Shown here: positions 1 through 10,061 of the stretch, in pieces
Numbering within the stretch: the first letter of the stretch is position 1
Layout of the letters: each line of letters begins with the position of its first letter
Assembly: GCA_963678315.1 (NCBI GenBank)
Contig: OY782781.1
Span: forward strand, 544,001-608,000
Reading direction: 5' to 3'
DNA length: 64,000 nucleotides
From: Candidatus Cloacimonadales bacterium
Lineage (GTDB): Bacteria; Cloacimonadota; Cloacimonadia; Cloacimonadales; JAFGVF01
Notes under the pieces: generated by a model
Seen by the model: the letters and a program-made list of their open reading frames with translations, nothing else
The model's database searches: none
What the model was told of the DNA's origin: nothing
Translations under genes and position numbers: made by a program

Positions 1-834
1 TACATTTGAAGTGGCAATAATCCTAAAATCTATAGTAATCTCTTTCTCTGAACCTATAGGGAAAAATTTCTTTTCTTGGATAACTCGTAAGAGTTTTGCC
101 TGACTTGCTATAGGAAGATTAGTTATCTCATCAAGGAATATAGTACCACCATGAGCTAACTCAAACTTTCCAATTTGGCCTTCAGCTCCTGTATAAGATC
201 CTTTGGTAGAGCCAAAGAGTTCATTTTCTATTAGGTTTTCAGGAAGTGCTCCACAATCAACAGCTATAAATGGTCCATCCTTTCTTTTTGAATTGTTATG
301 AATCATTCGTGCTATAACTTCTTTACCAGTGCCACTCTTCCCTAGAATGAGTACATTTAAACTTGTTGGAGCTATAACCTCAATTTTATCTATAATAGTT
401 TTGATGGCAGTACTTTTGCCAATAAAAGTAGTTTCCCCCATATTAAGTCGGAAGTCAGAATCAGAATTAGTATTCTTAATGTAACGTCTTACTGCACTTA
501 ATAATTCTGCCTTTTTAATCGGCTTAGTAAGATAATCAACAGCACCTCTTTTCAAGGCTTCTACTGCGTCATACACCTTACTCATACCAGATATCATTAA
601 GACAGGTAACGAAGGATCAATTCCTTTTATTTTTGGTAATAAGTCTATACCATTATTACCACTTAAATAGACATCAAGTAAGACTAATGAGATATTGTTT
701 TTCCTAATTATATCTAGTGCCTCAGAATAACTAGTTGAACTTATTATCTCCAGTTCTTCTTTCTTAAGAAACATCTTAAACAAGTCTATTATTTGCTTTT
801 CATCATCAACTATTAGTATTTTATTTTTTTCCAT
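1..834 (-). CDS. Sigma54-dependent response regulator (NtrC/PilR-like; REC + AAA+), 3' part runs off the window
   Basis: Not in the ORF track; translated by hand from ATG at 834: MEKNKILIVDDEKQII...LVLLDVYL...GAVDYLTKP (receiver), then GKSGTGKE Walker A, ENELFGSTKGSYTGA and IFLDEI Walker B. Lies downstream of the pilus genes. Confidence 0.9.
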   Translation of the reverse strand, partial: MEKNKILIVDDEKQIIDLFKMFLKKEELEIISSTSYSEALDIIRKNNISLVLLDVYLSGNNGIDLLPKIKGIDPSLPVLMISGMSKVYDAVEALKRGAVDYLTKPIKKAELLSAVRRYIKNTNSDSDFRLNMGETTFIGKSTAIKTIIDKIEVIAPTSLNVLILGKSGTGKEVIARMIHNNSKRKDGPFIAVDCGALPENLIENELFGSTKGSYTGAEGQIGKFELAHGGTIFLDEITNLPIASQAKLLRVIQEKKFFPIGSEKEITIDFRIIATSNV

Positions 835-967
835 AACTCCAACCACATGGATTTTTCTAAAAGTGAATATTTATTTTCTTATGTCAAGATAATTCTTTTT
901 AACATTTTCACGTTACAATATTTTGTTCAAAGAGTTTTGTTATAATTTACTAAGAAAACACTTGATC

Positions 968-1450
968 CTTACTTGCCTCCTTGAAAAAAAGCCGATTTTT
1001 CAAGGAGACCCTTAAGGCAGAAGTGAGGATTGAGAAGTGAGGACTAGTTGTCTAAAACTGGGAACGCTCGGATGCTAGCCAGCTAATACTGGGAACGCTC
1101 GGCTGCTAGCCGGCTAATACTGGGAACGCTCGGCTGCTAGCCGGCTAATACTGGGAACGCTCGGCTGCTAGCCGGCTAATACTGGGAACGCTCGGCTGCT
1201 AGCCGGCTAATACTGGGAACGCTCGGCTGCTAGCCGGCTTTTGTATTTTAAATCTCATATACAACCTACTTTCGTACGTTTGGCCATCAGGGTGACGATG
1301 GCCTTCCGACTTTGCATGATAAACCAGAGAAGTAAATTTTTGTGTGAACTGGAAATTGCTATAGAGACGTTTTGAGAACGTCTCAATCGCAAGCTAGAAG
1401 CTTGCAACCCAAAAATAGTTCTCAAGCTGGAAGCCTGGCAGCAGATGATG
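968..1450 (+). repeat. Composite palindromic intergenic element (REP/BIME-like), copy 1
   Basis: 49-bp palindrome at 968-1016, then 31-bp tandem units, GAGACGTTTTGAGAACGTCTC hairpin and CAAGCTAGAAGCTTG; same modules recur near 18.5, 33.7 and 58.5 kb. Confidence 0.85.
1052..1237 (+). repeat. Six tandem 31-bp repeats CTAATACTGGGAACGCTCGGCTGCTAGCCGG
   Basis: Units start at 1052, 1083, 1114, 1145, 1176, 1207; first unit has 3 mismatches; no spacers. Confidence 0.95.
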
Positions 1451-1561
1451 CTAGAGTGTAATCTTTGACATTTTCTAGAATAAAGAAAAAGAGTCTTGAA
1501 CCAGTCAAGACTCTTTACTTTGAGAATAGTTGAATATTCTCTAAATATTACATTTATTTCC

Positions 1562-2815
1562 TTACTTAAGACCTTCGGACATCGCTTCACCAAGGTTAAA
1601 GATAGGAAGATAAATAACGATAATGATAGAACCAACAAGACCAGCCATAAGGATAATCAACATAGGTTCAATCAATGATGTTAATCTATCAATCACAGAG
1701 TCCATGAGTTTATCATAGAATTCTGCAGTTTTTCTTAATAGTTTATCAAGATCCCCAGTTTCTTCACCTGTATTCATCATTTGAAGAAGTGTAGAAGGGA
1801 ACTGTTCTGTTTTACGGAATGCGTGAGCAATACCATAACCTTCTTTAATCATAGTACGAGCATCTCTGATAGCACCTTCAATAACTGCATTTTGAACAAC
1901 ATTTTCACTTAGTTCAAGAGTTTCCATAATAGGAACACCAGCTTTCATAAGAATAGAGAAGGTACGAGCAAATTTACTCATCACTGAGTTTTCTATTAAC
2001 TTACCAATGACCGGGAATTTCAATTTCATCAAATCAAACGTGTAGCGACCTCTGTCGGTTAAGTTTATGATAAATATTGAAACAAAGAATAAAATCAGAA
2101 GACCGAAAGTACCTACAACATTTCCTTTTACAAGTTCACTAATATAAATAGCGAGTTTTGTAGGACCTGGTAAATCAGCACCAAAGTTAGCATAAACTTC
2201 AGCAAATTTAGGTATAATAAAATAGAAAAGAGCCCATACGATGAAAGCAAGGAATACAAGCACGAAGATAGGATAAGTCATAGCTGATCCAACCTTACGT
2301 TTAGTATCTTCTAATCTTTCAAGGTATACTGCTAATTCATCAAGTACAGTATGAAGAGTACCTGAAACCTCACCAGCTTTCACAAGTGAAACATAGAGAG
2401 GATTAAACACACCAGGGTGTTGTTCGAATGATTCAGAAAGAGAATAACCTTTTCTAATATCATCATCTATCTTTTTAAGAACTTTCTTAAACTTTTGATC
2501 TTTTTCTTCTCGTTCAAGGTCAGAAATAGCTTTCTCAATAGTAAGACCAGCAGAGAACATGGTAGATAGCTGTCTAGTAAAGAACACCAATGTTTTTAAT
2601 CTAACAGAAGTTCTAAACTTATAGATAGCTAACATAACCTTATCAAAGAGAGAAAGTTTCCCTTTGAAAGATCCGTCTGCAGCTGTTTTCACGGAAATAA
2701 TAGTACCACCATCAGCAGAAAGTTTTTCAATAGCAGCGTCCATAGTGTCAGCTTTTACGATACCTTCTTTGCGAGCACCTTTTGCATCTTTAATAGTATA
2801 TGAGAAATTAGCCAT
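1562..2815 (-). CDS. pilC: Type IV pilus platform protein PilC (GspF family)
   Basis: FTRQLSTMFSAGL, GEVSGTL, GEETGDL and LIEP...IYLPIF motifs; three TM segments. Confidence 0.93.
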   Translation of the reverse strand: MANFSYTIKDAKGARKEGIVKADTMDAAIEKLSADGGTIISVKTAADGSFKGKLSLFDKVMLAIYKFRTSVRLKTLVFFTRQLSTMFSAGLTIEKAISDLEREEKDQKFKKVLKKIDDDIRKGYSLSESFEQHPGVFNPLYVSLVKAGEVSGTLHTVLDELAVYLERLEDTKRKVGSAMTYPIFVLVFLAFIVWALFYFIIPKFAEVYANFGADLPGPTKLAIYISELVKGNVVGTFGLLILFFVSIFIINLTDRGRYTFDLMKLKFPVIGKLIENSVMSKFARTFSILMKAGVPIMETLELSENVVQNAVIEGAIRDARTMIKEGYGIAHAFRKTEQFPSTLLQMMNTGEETGDLDKLLRKTAEFYDKLMDSVIDRLTSLIEPMLIILMAGLVGSIIIVIYLPIFNLGEAMSEGLK

Positions 2816-2831
2816 ATTTTACCTTATCGTT

Positions 2832-4544
2832 TTAATCATTAATAGTCAATTTGATAACTTCTCTAATTGATGTAACACCGTTTCTCATTTTGCGTAAAGC
2901 CGCATCATGAAGAGTTCTCATACCTTGAGCAAGAGCTTCATTTTTGATAATATCTTGATTCTTACCTTCAAAGATAAGTGCTCTAACAGTCGGTGTGATA
3001 TGAAGAAGTTCGAAAATACCTTGACGACCAGCATAACCAGTATTGTCACAATGAACACAACCAGCACCGATTTTGAAGTCAATTTTTTCCGCTTCTTCGG
3101 CAGTAATACCAGCTTGAAGAAGTTCTAATTCTGTCGGTTTGTAATCAGTGATACAGTTTGGACAGATTTTACGAACAAGTCTCTGTGCCATAACTAGGCA
3201 TAAAGAAGAACCAACAAGATAAGGCTTAATACCGATATCAATAAGACGAGTTATAGTAGAAGGAGCATCATTAGCGTGAAGTGTTGAGAACACTAAGTGA
3301 CCAGTAAGTGAGAATTTAACCGCGATATCAGCAGTTTCAAAGTCACGAATCTCACCAATAAGCACAACGTCAGGGTCTTGACGAAGAACAGAACGAAGCG
3401 CAGAAAGGAAAGTAAGACCGATTTCTTCTTTAGTCTCAATTTGAGTAATACCAGCAAGTCTGTATTCAACAGGGTCTTCCACAGTAATGATATTTGTTTC
3501 TATATTTTCGATAGTTTTAATAGCTGCGTGAAGTGATGTAGATTTACCAGAACCAGTAGGACCAGACACGATGATAATACCATAAGGTCTTTTAATAACC
3601 TTTTGGAAAATTTCAAGGTCATCTGATTCGAAACCAAGAGTAGTAAGTTTAAAACCAAAATCACCTTTATCAAGAAGACGAAGCACAGCCTTTTCACCAT
3701 GAACAGTAGGAGCGATAGATACACGAACATCCACAGCTTTAATTTGTGTTTTTAGTGACATGTGACCATCTTGAGGAAGTCTTCTTTCAGCGATATTTAG
3801 TTTAGACATAACCTTAATCAAAGAGATGATACCAGCATGCATAGCAATAGGTGGGTTCATAACTTCTCTTAAAGCACCATCGACACGGAAACGAACACGA
3901 GTGTTTTTAATCATTGGCTCAATATGAATATCAGTAGTATTTGCTTTGATAGCTTCTGAAATGATAAGATTTACCATCTTAACAACAGGAGCATCTGCTT
4001 CAGCTTCTCCGCCACTATCAATAGAGATTTCATCACCGTCTCCATCAACAGCTACAAAGTCAAAGTTACCAACAGCATCTTCAACTTGTGAAGTAGTTCT
4101 AATACTCTTATAATACTTCTCTAAAGCATCAGTCAATAATGAGTCACCAATTAACATTGGTTCGATATTTTTATTAAGAATCTTTTTAAGATTATCTAAT
4201 ATATTAAGATTATCAGGGTCAGTCATTGCTACAATACAAACATCATCACTAGCTCTAAGAGAAATAACTCTGTTTTCAGTAGCAAATGGTTCTGGAATAA
4301 GAGAAACAACATCAACATCTAATTCCATAAGTTCATTAGAATTTACTACAGGAATGTCAAGTTGCATAGAAAGACATTCTAGTAACTGGTTCTCTTTAAT
4401 ATACCCTAACTTAAGTAAGGTTTCACCTAATTTTAAGGCGAAATTATTTTGTTTAATCAATGCCTCTTTGATTTGCTCGTCAGTCGCATATCCTTTATGG
4501 ACAAAGATTTCACCTATTCTTGCGAATTGAGGATTAAAAGCCAT
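2832..4544 (-). CDS. pilB: Type IV pilus extension ATPase PilB (GspE family)
   Basis: N-terminal RIGEIF..KG / KLGETL..LG (MshEN-like), GPTGSGKS, EDPVEY, LRQDPD, CPNC/CVHC Zn motif; ATG at 4544 preferred over TTG at 4550. Confidence 0.93.
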   Translation of the reverse strand: MAFNPQFARIGEIFVHKGYATDEQIKEALIKQNNFALKLGETLLKLGYIKENQLLECLSMQLDIPVVNSNELMELDVDVVSLIPEPFATENRVISLRASDDVCIVAMTDPDNLNILDNLKKILNKNIEPMLIGDSLLTDALEKYYKSIRTTSQVEDAVGNFDFVAVDGDGDEISIDSGGEAEADAPVVKMVNLIISEAIKANTTDIHIEPMIKNTRVRFRVDGALREVMNPPIAMHAGIISLIKVMSKLNIAERRLPQDGHMSLKTQIKAVDVRVSIAPTVHGEKAVLRLLDKGDFGFKLTTLGFESDDLEIFQKVIKRPYGIIIVSGPTGSGKSTSLHAAIKTIENIETNIITVEDPVEYRLAGITQIETKEEIGLTFLSALRSVLRQDPDVVLIGEIRDFETADIAVKFSLTGHLVFSTLHANDAPSTITRLIDIGIKPYLVGSSLCLVMAQRLVRKICPNCITDYKPTELELLQAGITAEEAEKIDFKIGAGCVHCDNTGYAGRQGIFELLHITPTVRALIFEGKNQDIIKNEALAQGMRTLHDAALRKMRNGVTSIREVIKLTIND

Positions 4545-4575
4545 AATCAATCCTTTTTTTTATGTTAAATTTCAA

Positions 4576-4606
4576 GATATCCCCAGCCCAAAAGAACTGG
4601 GGTATC
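4576..4606 (-). terminator. GC-rich hairpin between the Ig-like lipoprotein gene and pilB (terminator or mRNA-stabilising)
   Basis: GATATCCCCAG...CTGGGGTATC inverted repeat. Confidence 0.55.
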
Positions 4607-4625
4607 GTAATTATAATTAATTAGC

Positions 4626-6869
4626 TTATTTTACGTTATCAAATGGGTAGCGTAAAAGAGTAGTAGCTCCACGTTCTGAAATACCTGTACCAAGGATTCT
4701 ACCTTCGATAGCAACAGGTTGGATACCAGGGTTAACACCATCGAGTGATGGAGGACAGTCACCTTGCCAGAACTCAATTTTAACTTTACCAAAGCCGTCA
4801 GCATGAGTAAAACATTCGTTAAATTCAGGATTTTCTGACCATGTTAGGTAATTAACGAATTCACCTCTATCTGAAGTAAATACCCAATGAGCACCTTCGA
4901 TATTGTTACCATAACCATCTCTAGTTCTTACAGTAACAATAGCGTTTTTGTAAGTAGGAACTGGTTCATCATTATACCAGTTAATGTGAGCTGGAGTAAC
5001 ACCTAAATCTGTTTCAGCTTCATTAAGTGGAGGAGTAATTGAGAAATTATTTGTAATTTCAACACCATCACCACCAATAGTTGATACTTCTAAATTGATG
5101 TCTTGTAAAGTTAAGAATGAAGGGTATGACAATAATGTATAAGCGATACCAATAGAAGCAGTAGAATCAATATCCATACCGAATGCATCACCAATTTCAG
5201 GACCATTACCAACGTAACCAGAACCTTGAATAATACAGTCACCTTCATCAGGTAATGAGAAGAATACAGCTGTACCATAATCAACTGGGTTGTTGTATGT
5301 ATCTTTGATTTCAGCAGCTACAAGAATTTGCCATAAACCACCACCTATTTGTTGTGCAGAATCGAAACCATCAATACTAACACTAACATATGCAGGGTTA
5401 CCTGAATGAATAACGATATTTGATTTAGTAGCAACAATAGCATCTTCTACTGTAAGATCAGTGATAGCTTCTCTTGAGTTAGCTGCTCTAAGAGCAAGAA
5501 CACCAGAACCAGCACCTGAAACAACAGATACAAATGCAGATCCACCAGAAGAAGTTACAGTAACAATTCCTTCATCATCTTGTCCACTAAGTGTTGCAGG
5601 GTAACCTTCTTCTGTACCAGGAACAACTGTGTTAACAATTTTGAAGTACATTTCTGTAGCTTGGTCAACTAAGTTATCGTTGATATCATATAAATCAACT
5701 CTCATAATTCTAGTATCTTGTCCACCAGTGTTAGCAACATCAAGGTCAACTTGTTCTTGAGTTGAGAATCTGATATAATTTAATTCATCAGATTTAACAG
5801 TGAATAAAGCTTCAGTAACTAATGTATCAGCATTAGCATAAGCTTTAATGTTTGCAGGACCAGCTGAAAGTGCTGGAGTGAATTTAGCTCTGCAAATACC
5901 TGTATTATCTGTGTTTTGAGAATAAACATCTGAAGTGTTATAGAATGTACCTAAATCAGTTTCAAAACGAACTGGTTTATTCTTACAAGGGTTGTTGTAA
6001 GCATCCATAAGAACAGCTTCAACATAGATATTTCTTGGTTCATCAACTGAAGCTTCGTCTGCTTCTTCAGGATTAACAAAATCATCTTCTGCTAAATATG
6101 TGTTGATATCTAATCTGTAAGGATTACCATGATCAACATTAAAGTCATCTTCAGAAATTAAGTCACCGATAGTAGCTCTAACTGAACCCATACCAGCTTG
6201 CTGACCAACATTTAACATGATAGTAGCATTACCGTTTTGTGTAGGAACAATAGCAATTCTACCAATGTTTTCTTCATCTTCTTCAGTAAAGAAGTTACCA
6301 CGTGTAACATCAAATCTTACTAAAGTACTATCAGCAACAGGTTGACCTAATACATCAAGAACATTAGCTCTAACTAAAACACTTTGGTTAACTAAGAAGT
6401 CATGTGAAGCCATTTCAATGTTAACTTGGCTTACAGCAGGTTTTTCTACGATTTTAACTTTAGTTTTCATGCTTTTGGTAGCAACAACTTGAGTTTCATC
6501 ATATTCTGAATATGTTTTTACAAAAGCTTCTATGTTAGCATCACCAGGTTCTGCACCATCATCCCAGAAAGGAGTTTTTGCAACACCTGATTCATCAGTG
6601 TAAACTATAGCTGCAATGTTACCTCTGTCTGTACGGAATTCAACTGCAGTTTCAGGAACACCAAAGTTTTGTGCGTCTTTTACATATGCTCTGATATATG
6701 CGAAAGTAACATTATCATCTGCATAAATTGAGTCAACTGACGTAGTTAATCTTGAGATAACAAGTTCATTATCAGTTGTTGTCGGGAAATCCCTATTATC
6801 ACAACCACTAACTATAAGAAGTGCCAGTGATAGAATCATTAATAATATTGTAAAACTTTTCAATTTCAT
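4626..6869 (-). CDS. Large lipoprotein with repeated intimin/invasin-like (Big_1) Ig domains
   Basis: Lipobox LIVSG-C; repeated V.D..(G/N).PV...V.F.T..G and TD..G.A motifs; acidic and beta-rich; start at 6869 follows a GGGAG RBS. Confidence 0.75.
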   Translation of the reverse strand: MKLKSFTILLMILSLALLIVSGCDNRDFPTTTDNELVISRLTTSVDSIYADDNVTFAYIRAYVKDAQNFGVPETAVEFRTDRGNIAAIVYTDESGVAKTPFWDDGAEPGDANIEAFVKTYSEYDETQVVATKSMKTKVKIVEKPAVSQVNIEMASHDFLVNQSVLVRANVLDVLGQPVADSTLVRFDVTRGNFFTEEDEENIGRIAIVPTQNGNATIMLNVGQQAGMGSVRATIGDLISEDDFNVDHGNPYRLDINTYLAEDDFVNPEEADEASVDEPRNIYVEAVLMDAYNNPCKNKPVRFETDLGTFYNTSDVYSQNTDNTGICRAKFTPALSAGPANIKAYANADTLVTEALFTVKSDELNYIRFSTQEQVDLDVANTGGQDTRIMRVDLYDINDNLVDQATEMYFKIVNTVVPGTEEGYPATLSGQDDEGIVTVTSSGGSAFVSVVSGAGSGVLALRAANSREAITDLTVEDAIVATKSNIVIHSGNPAYVSVSIDGFDSAQQIGGGLWQILVAAEIKDTYNNPVDYGTAVFFSLPDEGDCIIQGSGYVGNGPEIGDAFGMDIDSTASIGIAYTLLSYPSFLTLQDINLEVSTIGGDGVEITNNFSITPPLNEAETDLGVTPAHINWYNDEPVPTYKNAIVTVRTRDGYGNNIEGAHWVFTSDRGEFVNYLTWSENPEFNECFTHADGFGKVKIEFWQGDCPPSLDGVNPGIQPVAIEGRILGTGISERGATTLLRYPFDNVK

Positions 6870-6885
6870 AATTTCTCCCAATTAA

Positions 6886-8283
6886 TTACTGTTCATCACC
6901 AAATTTGATCAATGACTCAGTCATTTCTTCTTCAATTTGGACATCCTTATTGTAGTCAGCAGCAGTGATTACAGTTGGAGTCATTTCAATAATTAAGTCT
7001 GTTTTTTCAAGTGATTCTGTTTCATGTCTGAAGAATCTACCGATATAAGGGATATCGCCTAAGAAAGGAACTTTATTTACTTGAGTGCTTAATTGAGTAT
7101 TTAAAAGACCACTCACGATAAATGTTTGACCACTAGGAACTGTGATAGTAGAATTAACTTTTCTAACTTTAGTTCTAGGTACATAACCACCAACTAAACC
7201 CATAACTGAAGAGATTTCAGGAGAGATAGTAGTAGTAATTTCATCTTCAGAATTAATACTAGGAGTAATAGATAATTTAATACCAACTTCTTCTCTTTCT
7301 ACTTGAACTTCTTTATCGTTATCAATAACAACGAAAGGAATGTTTTCACCGATGTGAACATTAGCAGTTTCACCATTAAGAGATGAAAGACGAGTATCAG
7401 TTAATATTTTTGCTGAGTTATTTTCTAATAACCAGTCAATTGTAATATCAAAAGCATATAATTGACGTGAGAAGTTACCGAAGTCATCCCAATCACTCAT
7501 TTTTTGGAAATATTGGTCAGTAGGTAATACTTCGAATTCTGATGGATCACCAAAAGGAATAGCACCAGTTTCATCAGAATAGTTATAAGGAAGTCCAACA
7601 CCAGCTGAGTTTACAGGGTTTTCTGCAAAGATAGTAGTTAAGTGATTAAGTTTTGACCAGTCAATACCCATTTCTTTACTATCATCAACATTAACTTCAA
7701 TAATTCTAACTCTAATTTGAACCTGTTTTTGAGGAACGTCAAGTTTAGTAATTTGATATTGAATATCTTCGAAAGTTTCAGGGTTAGCTCTTACAAGAAG
7801 TGCGTTTTGGCCTTCAACTTCAATAACTTCACCAGGGAAGTCTTTGAAAGCTTTAGCAATTTTCTTAGAGTTAACATATTTTAAATTTAAAATATAGTTT
7901 CTAGTACCAGACTCTTGATCAATAAGAGCTTTAGGTCCAATAACAAATGTATTTTGTCCAATAACTTTATAAGCAAGACCAGTAGATTTAGCTACTAATG
8001 AGATAGCATTTTCAACTGTGATATCTCTTAATCTGATAGTGATTCTACCCATGTCTGATTGTTCATCAGAGGATTTACCAGTTTCAGAAGCGAGAGCAAT
8101 ATTAATACCAGTTGCTTGAGAAATAGACTCAATAATAGTACCAATAGTAGCATCTTTAAAGTTCAATTCATCTATTTTCTTTTGTAATATATCATCACCT
8201 TGAGCGAAAACAAAAGATACGCTCATAAGTAATGTTAACATAATCAGAGTTATTCGTTTTATTCTAGCATCGAATATTTTCAT
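6886..8283 (-). CDS. pilQ: Secretin PilQ (short form)
   Basis: Signal peptide; LNFKDATI N0 domain; LDVPQKQVQI; KVPFLGDIPYIGRFF secretin motif. Confidence 0.9.
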   Translation of the reverse strand: MKIFDARIKRITLIMLTLLMSVSFVFAQGDDILQKKIDELNFKDATIGTIIESISQATGINIALASETGKSSDEQSDMGRITIRLRDITVENAISLVAKSTGLAYKVIGQNTFVIGPKALIDQESGTRNYILNLKYVNSKKIAKAFKDFPGEVIEVEGQNALLVRANPETFEDIQYQITKLDVPQKQVQIRVRIIEVNVDDSKEMGIDWSKLNHLTTIFAENPVNSAGVGLPYNYSDETGAIPFGDPSEFEVLPTDQYFQKMSDWDDFGNFSRQLYAFDITIDWLLENNSAKILTDTRLSSLNGETANVHIGENIPFVVIDNDKEVQVEREEVGIKLSITPSINSEDEITTTISPEISSVMGLVGGYVPRTKVRKVNSTITVPSGQTFIVSGLLNTQLSTQVNKVPFLGDIPYIGRFFRHETESLEKTDLIIEMTPTVITAADYNKDVQIEEEMTESLIKFGDEQ

Positions 8284-8296
8284 TAGTTTCTCCTAC

Positions 8297-8863
8297 TTAA
8301 TAATTTTGATTTGCGTTAAACTGAATACCATTTTGTTGCTTATCTTTTGTATCAGCATTAGTTTCATAGATATTCATTCTATTCTTTAGTCTAATAGTAC
8401 TACCATTAGAAAGGCGTGCAGTTTGCTTTTCTGAATTAGCAGCGATTATTTTAATACCATTAGTACCTTTTATTACTTCACCAATTGCATATTGTTTTTC
8501 AATATCTTTGTGTTCAATTGTAACAAACTTTTGTTCATTGAAAGTTATTACACCAGCAAGTCTAATCTCATTACGGCGTTTTTGAAGTCTGATTTTAATT
8601 TCATCCACTTTCTTTGGTAATATGATATCTTGCTTAAGAGGATCTTTTTCTACAGAGAAAGTAAAGTTCTTTCTATTAGAAATACCAGATTCAATGTCAG
8701 CAGCTTGTTTTAACAAGTTAGCATCTACATCCTGCTTAGCATAAGCTGATTCAGCAGTTACTTTTTGTTCACCATTGTAGTGATTAAATGCGAGAACACC
8801 AAGTACAATTACTGCAGCAACTAAGAGAATATAAGCTAAATCTTTTACATATCTATATTCCAT
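8297..8863 (-). CDS. PilP-like alignment protein
   Basis: N-terminal TM, KDPL motif, beta domain; position between pilO and pilQ. Confidence 0.55.
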   Translation of the reverse strand: MEYRYVKDLAYILLVAAVIVLGVLAFNHYNGEQKVTAESAYAKQDVDANLLKQAADIESGISNRKNFTFSVEKDPLKQDIILPKKVDEIKIRLQKRRNEIRLAGVITFNEQKFVTIEHKDIEKQYAIGEVIKGTNGIKIIAANSEKQTARLSNGSTIRLKNRMNIYETNADTKDKQQNGIQFNANQNY

Positions 8864-8865
8864 AA

Positions 8866-9426
8866 TTACCTCATTTTGTGTTTAATGAATGAAATGCTCA
8901 AATTAACACTATATTTTTTATCAAGATCTTCAACCTTAATTTCAGATGCAGATTTCTTTTGAACAGTCTTAATTGGTTCAATTTCAAAACTATTAATAAC
9001 AGTTAGATAATCCATTTTTTCTAATGAATTCATAAATTTACCTAATTTCACGTAAGTTGTAGAAAAAACAAATGAGAATTCATGTTCTATTCTATCAGAC
9101 TTAGTAAACAAGTCTTTATGGTCAATTTCAGATAAGTTAATATCTAAATTATGAGCTAGAGCATCCATTTCTTCGATCATTTCATGAATTTCATCAGATG
9201 AGAATTCTTTTTCTTTGGTAAGAGAGTGATCAAGAATTACAGTGAATCCACCAAGTTGTTCAGCTTGAACTTTACAGCTGTTAAGGTCTTGGCGAGCAAC
9301 TTTAATTTCTTTATCTAGCTTTTTAATATTAGTATTACTATCAGCAAAAACTTGACTAAAATAGAAGAAGTATCCAACAGAGAGAGCAATAATTACAATA
9401 ATTAGAATCCAATAGTTACGTTTCAT
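8866..9426 (-). CDS. pilO: PilO-like protein
   Basis: N-terminal TM, coiled coil, TTYVKLGKFMNSLE motif; synteny. Confidence 0.7.
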   Translation of the reverse strand: MKRNYWILIIVIIALSVGYFFYFSQVFADSNTNIKKLDKEIKVARQDLNSCKVQAEQLGGFTVILDHSLTKEKEFSSDEIHEMIEEMDALAHNLDINLSEIDHKDLFTKSDRIEHEFSFVFSTTYVKLGKFMNSLEKMDYLTVINSFEIEPIKTVQKKSASEIKVEDLDKKYSVNLSISFIKHKMR

Positions 9427-10055
9427 TATTTTCTCCTCTTCTTATCGTAGTATTTACTCATACACTTAATAGTAAAGCCATAAACGACATCCATTTCAGG
9501 ACCAGCTGCCTCTAGACTTTCAACTTTTTTAACAAGGTCTCTGTTAACAAATTCAACTGATTTGAAATCATTGAATTCTTCTCTTTCAACAAGACTAGTT
9601 CTATATTTGTTGATAATATCTTGAGGAACGTCAGCAGTTTTAGCTTTAATAAGTCCTTCTAATTCCCATGAACCATTTTCAAAAGAGAATTTAGAGATTG
9701 CTAAACTATCAGAAGTAATTTCTGCTAAAGCTTGAAGCTTTTTAGTCCAGAAAATTCTTTTGTTATAAGTTTCAGCAAAAGTCTGCATATCTTTTTCAAG
9801 GTTTGAAGAATCTGAAGCTTTAAGTACTTGTGGATATTTTTTTATTTCATTTTTAATCTCGGTTAACTGTTGTTTTCTAGTATTTATCTTTTTATCCATA
9901 TTGGTAAGAGTCCAATAAGTGAATCCACCGATAAGGATAAATATAATTAGAAATGCAATCCAAGTATTAATATAAGTTCTTTTTTCTTTTTGAGCTTTTA
10001 ATCTTTCTTCACCAAACTTATTCAGATTCATTCCAAAATAGAATTGTTCCATCAT
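9426..10055 (-). CDS. pilN: PilN-like protein
   Basis: MNLN motif, TM, coiled coil, RIFWTKKLQAL; follows pilM. Confidence 0.7.
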   Translation of the reverse strand: MMEQFYFGMNLNKFGEERLKAQKEKRTYINTWIAFLIIFILIGGFTYWTLTNMDKKINTRKQQLTEIKNEIKKYPQVLKASDSSNLEKDMQTFAETYNKRIFWTKKLQALAEITSDSLAISKFSFENGSWELEGLIKAKTADVPQDIINKYRTSLVEREEFNDFKSVEFVNRDLVKKVESLEAAGPEMDVVYGFTIKCMSKYYDKKRRK

Positions 10056-10061
10056 TTCCCC

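Noticed and set aside
1052..1237. 31-bp repeats as a CRISPR array
   Set aside because: Units are directly adjacent with no unique spacers, and no cas genes are present.
1255..1638. 127-aa ORF, and likewise the 79-aa ORF at 58246-58485
   Set aside because: They run through repeat modules or the DnaA-box region, lack recognisable motifs or an RBS, and the first overlaps pilC.
4543..4570. TTATGTTAAAT as the XerD arm of a dif site
   Set aside because: No XerC-like arm at the 6-bp spacing, and it coincides with the pilB translation start region.
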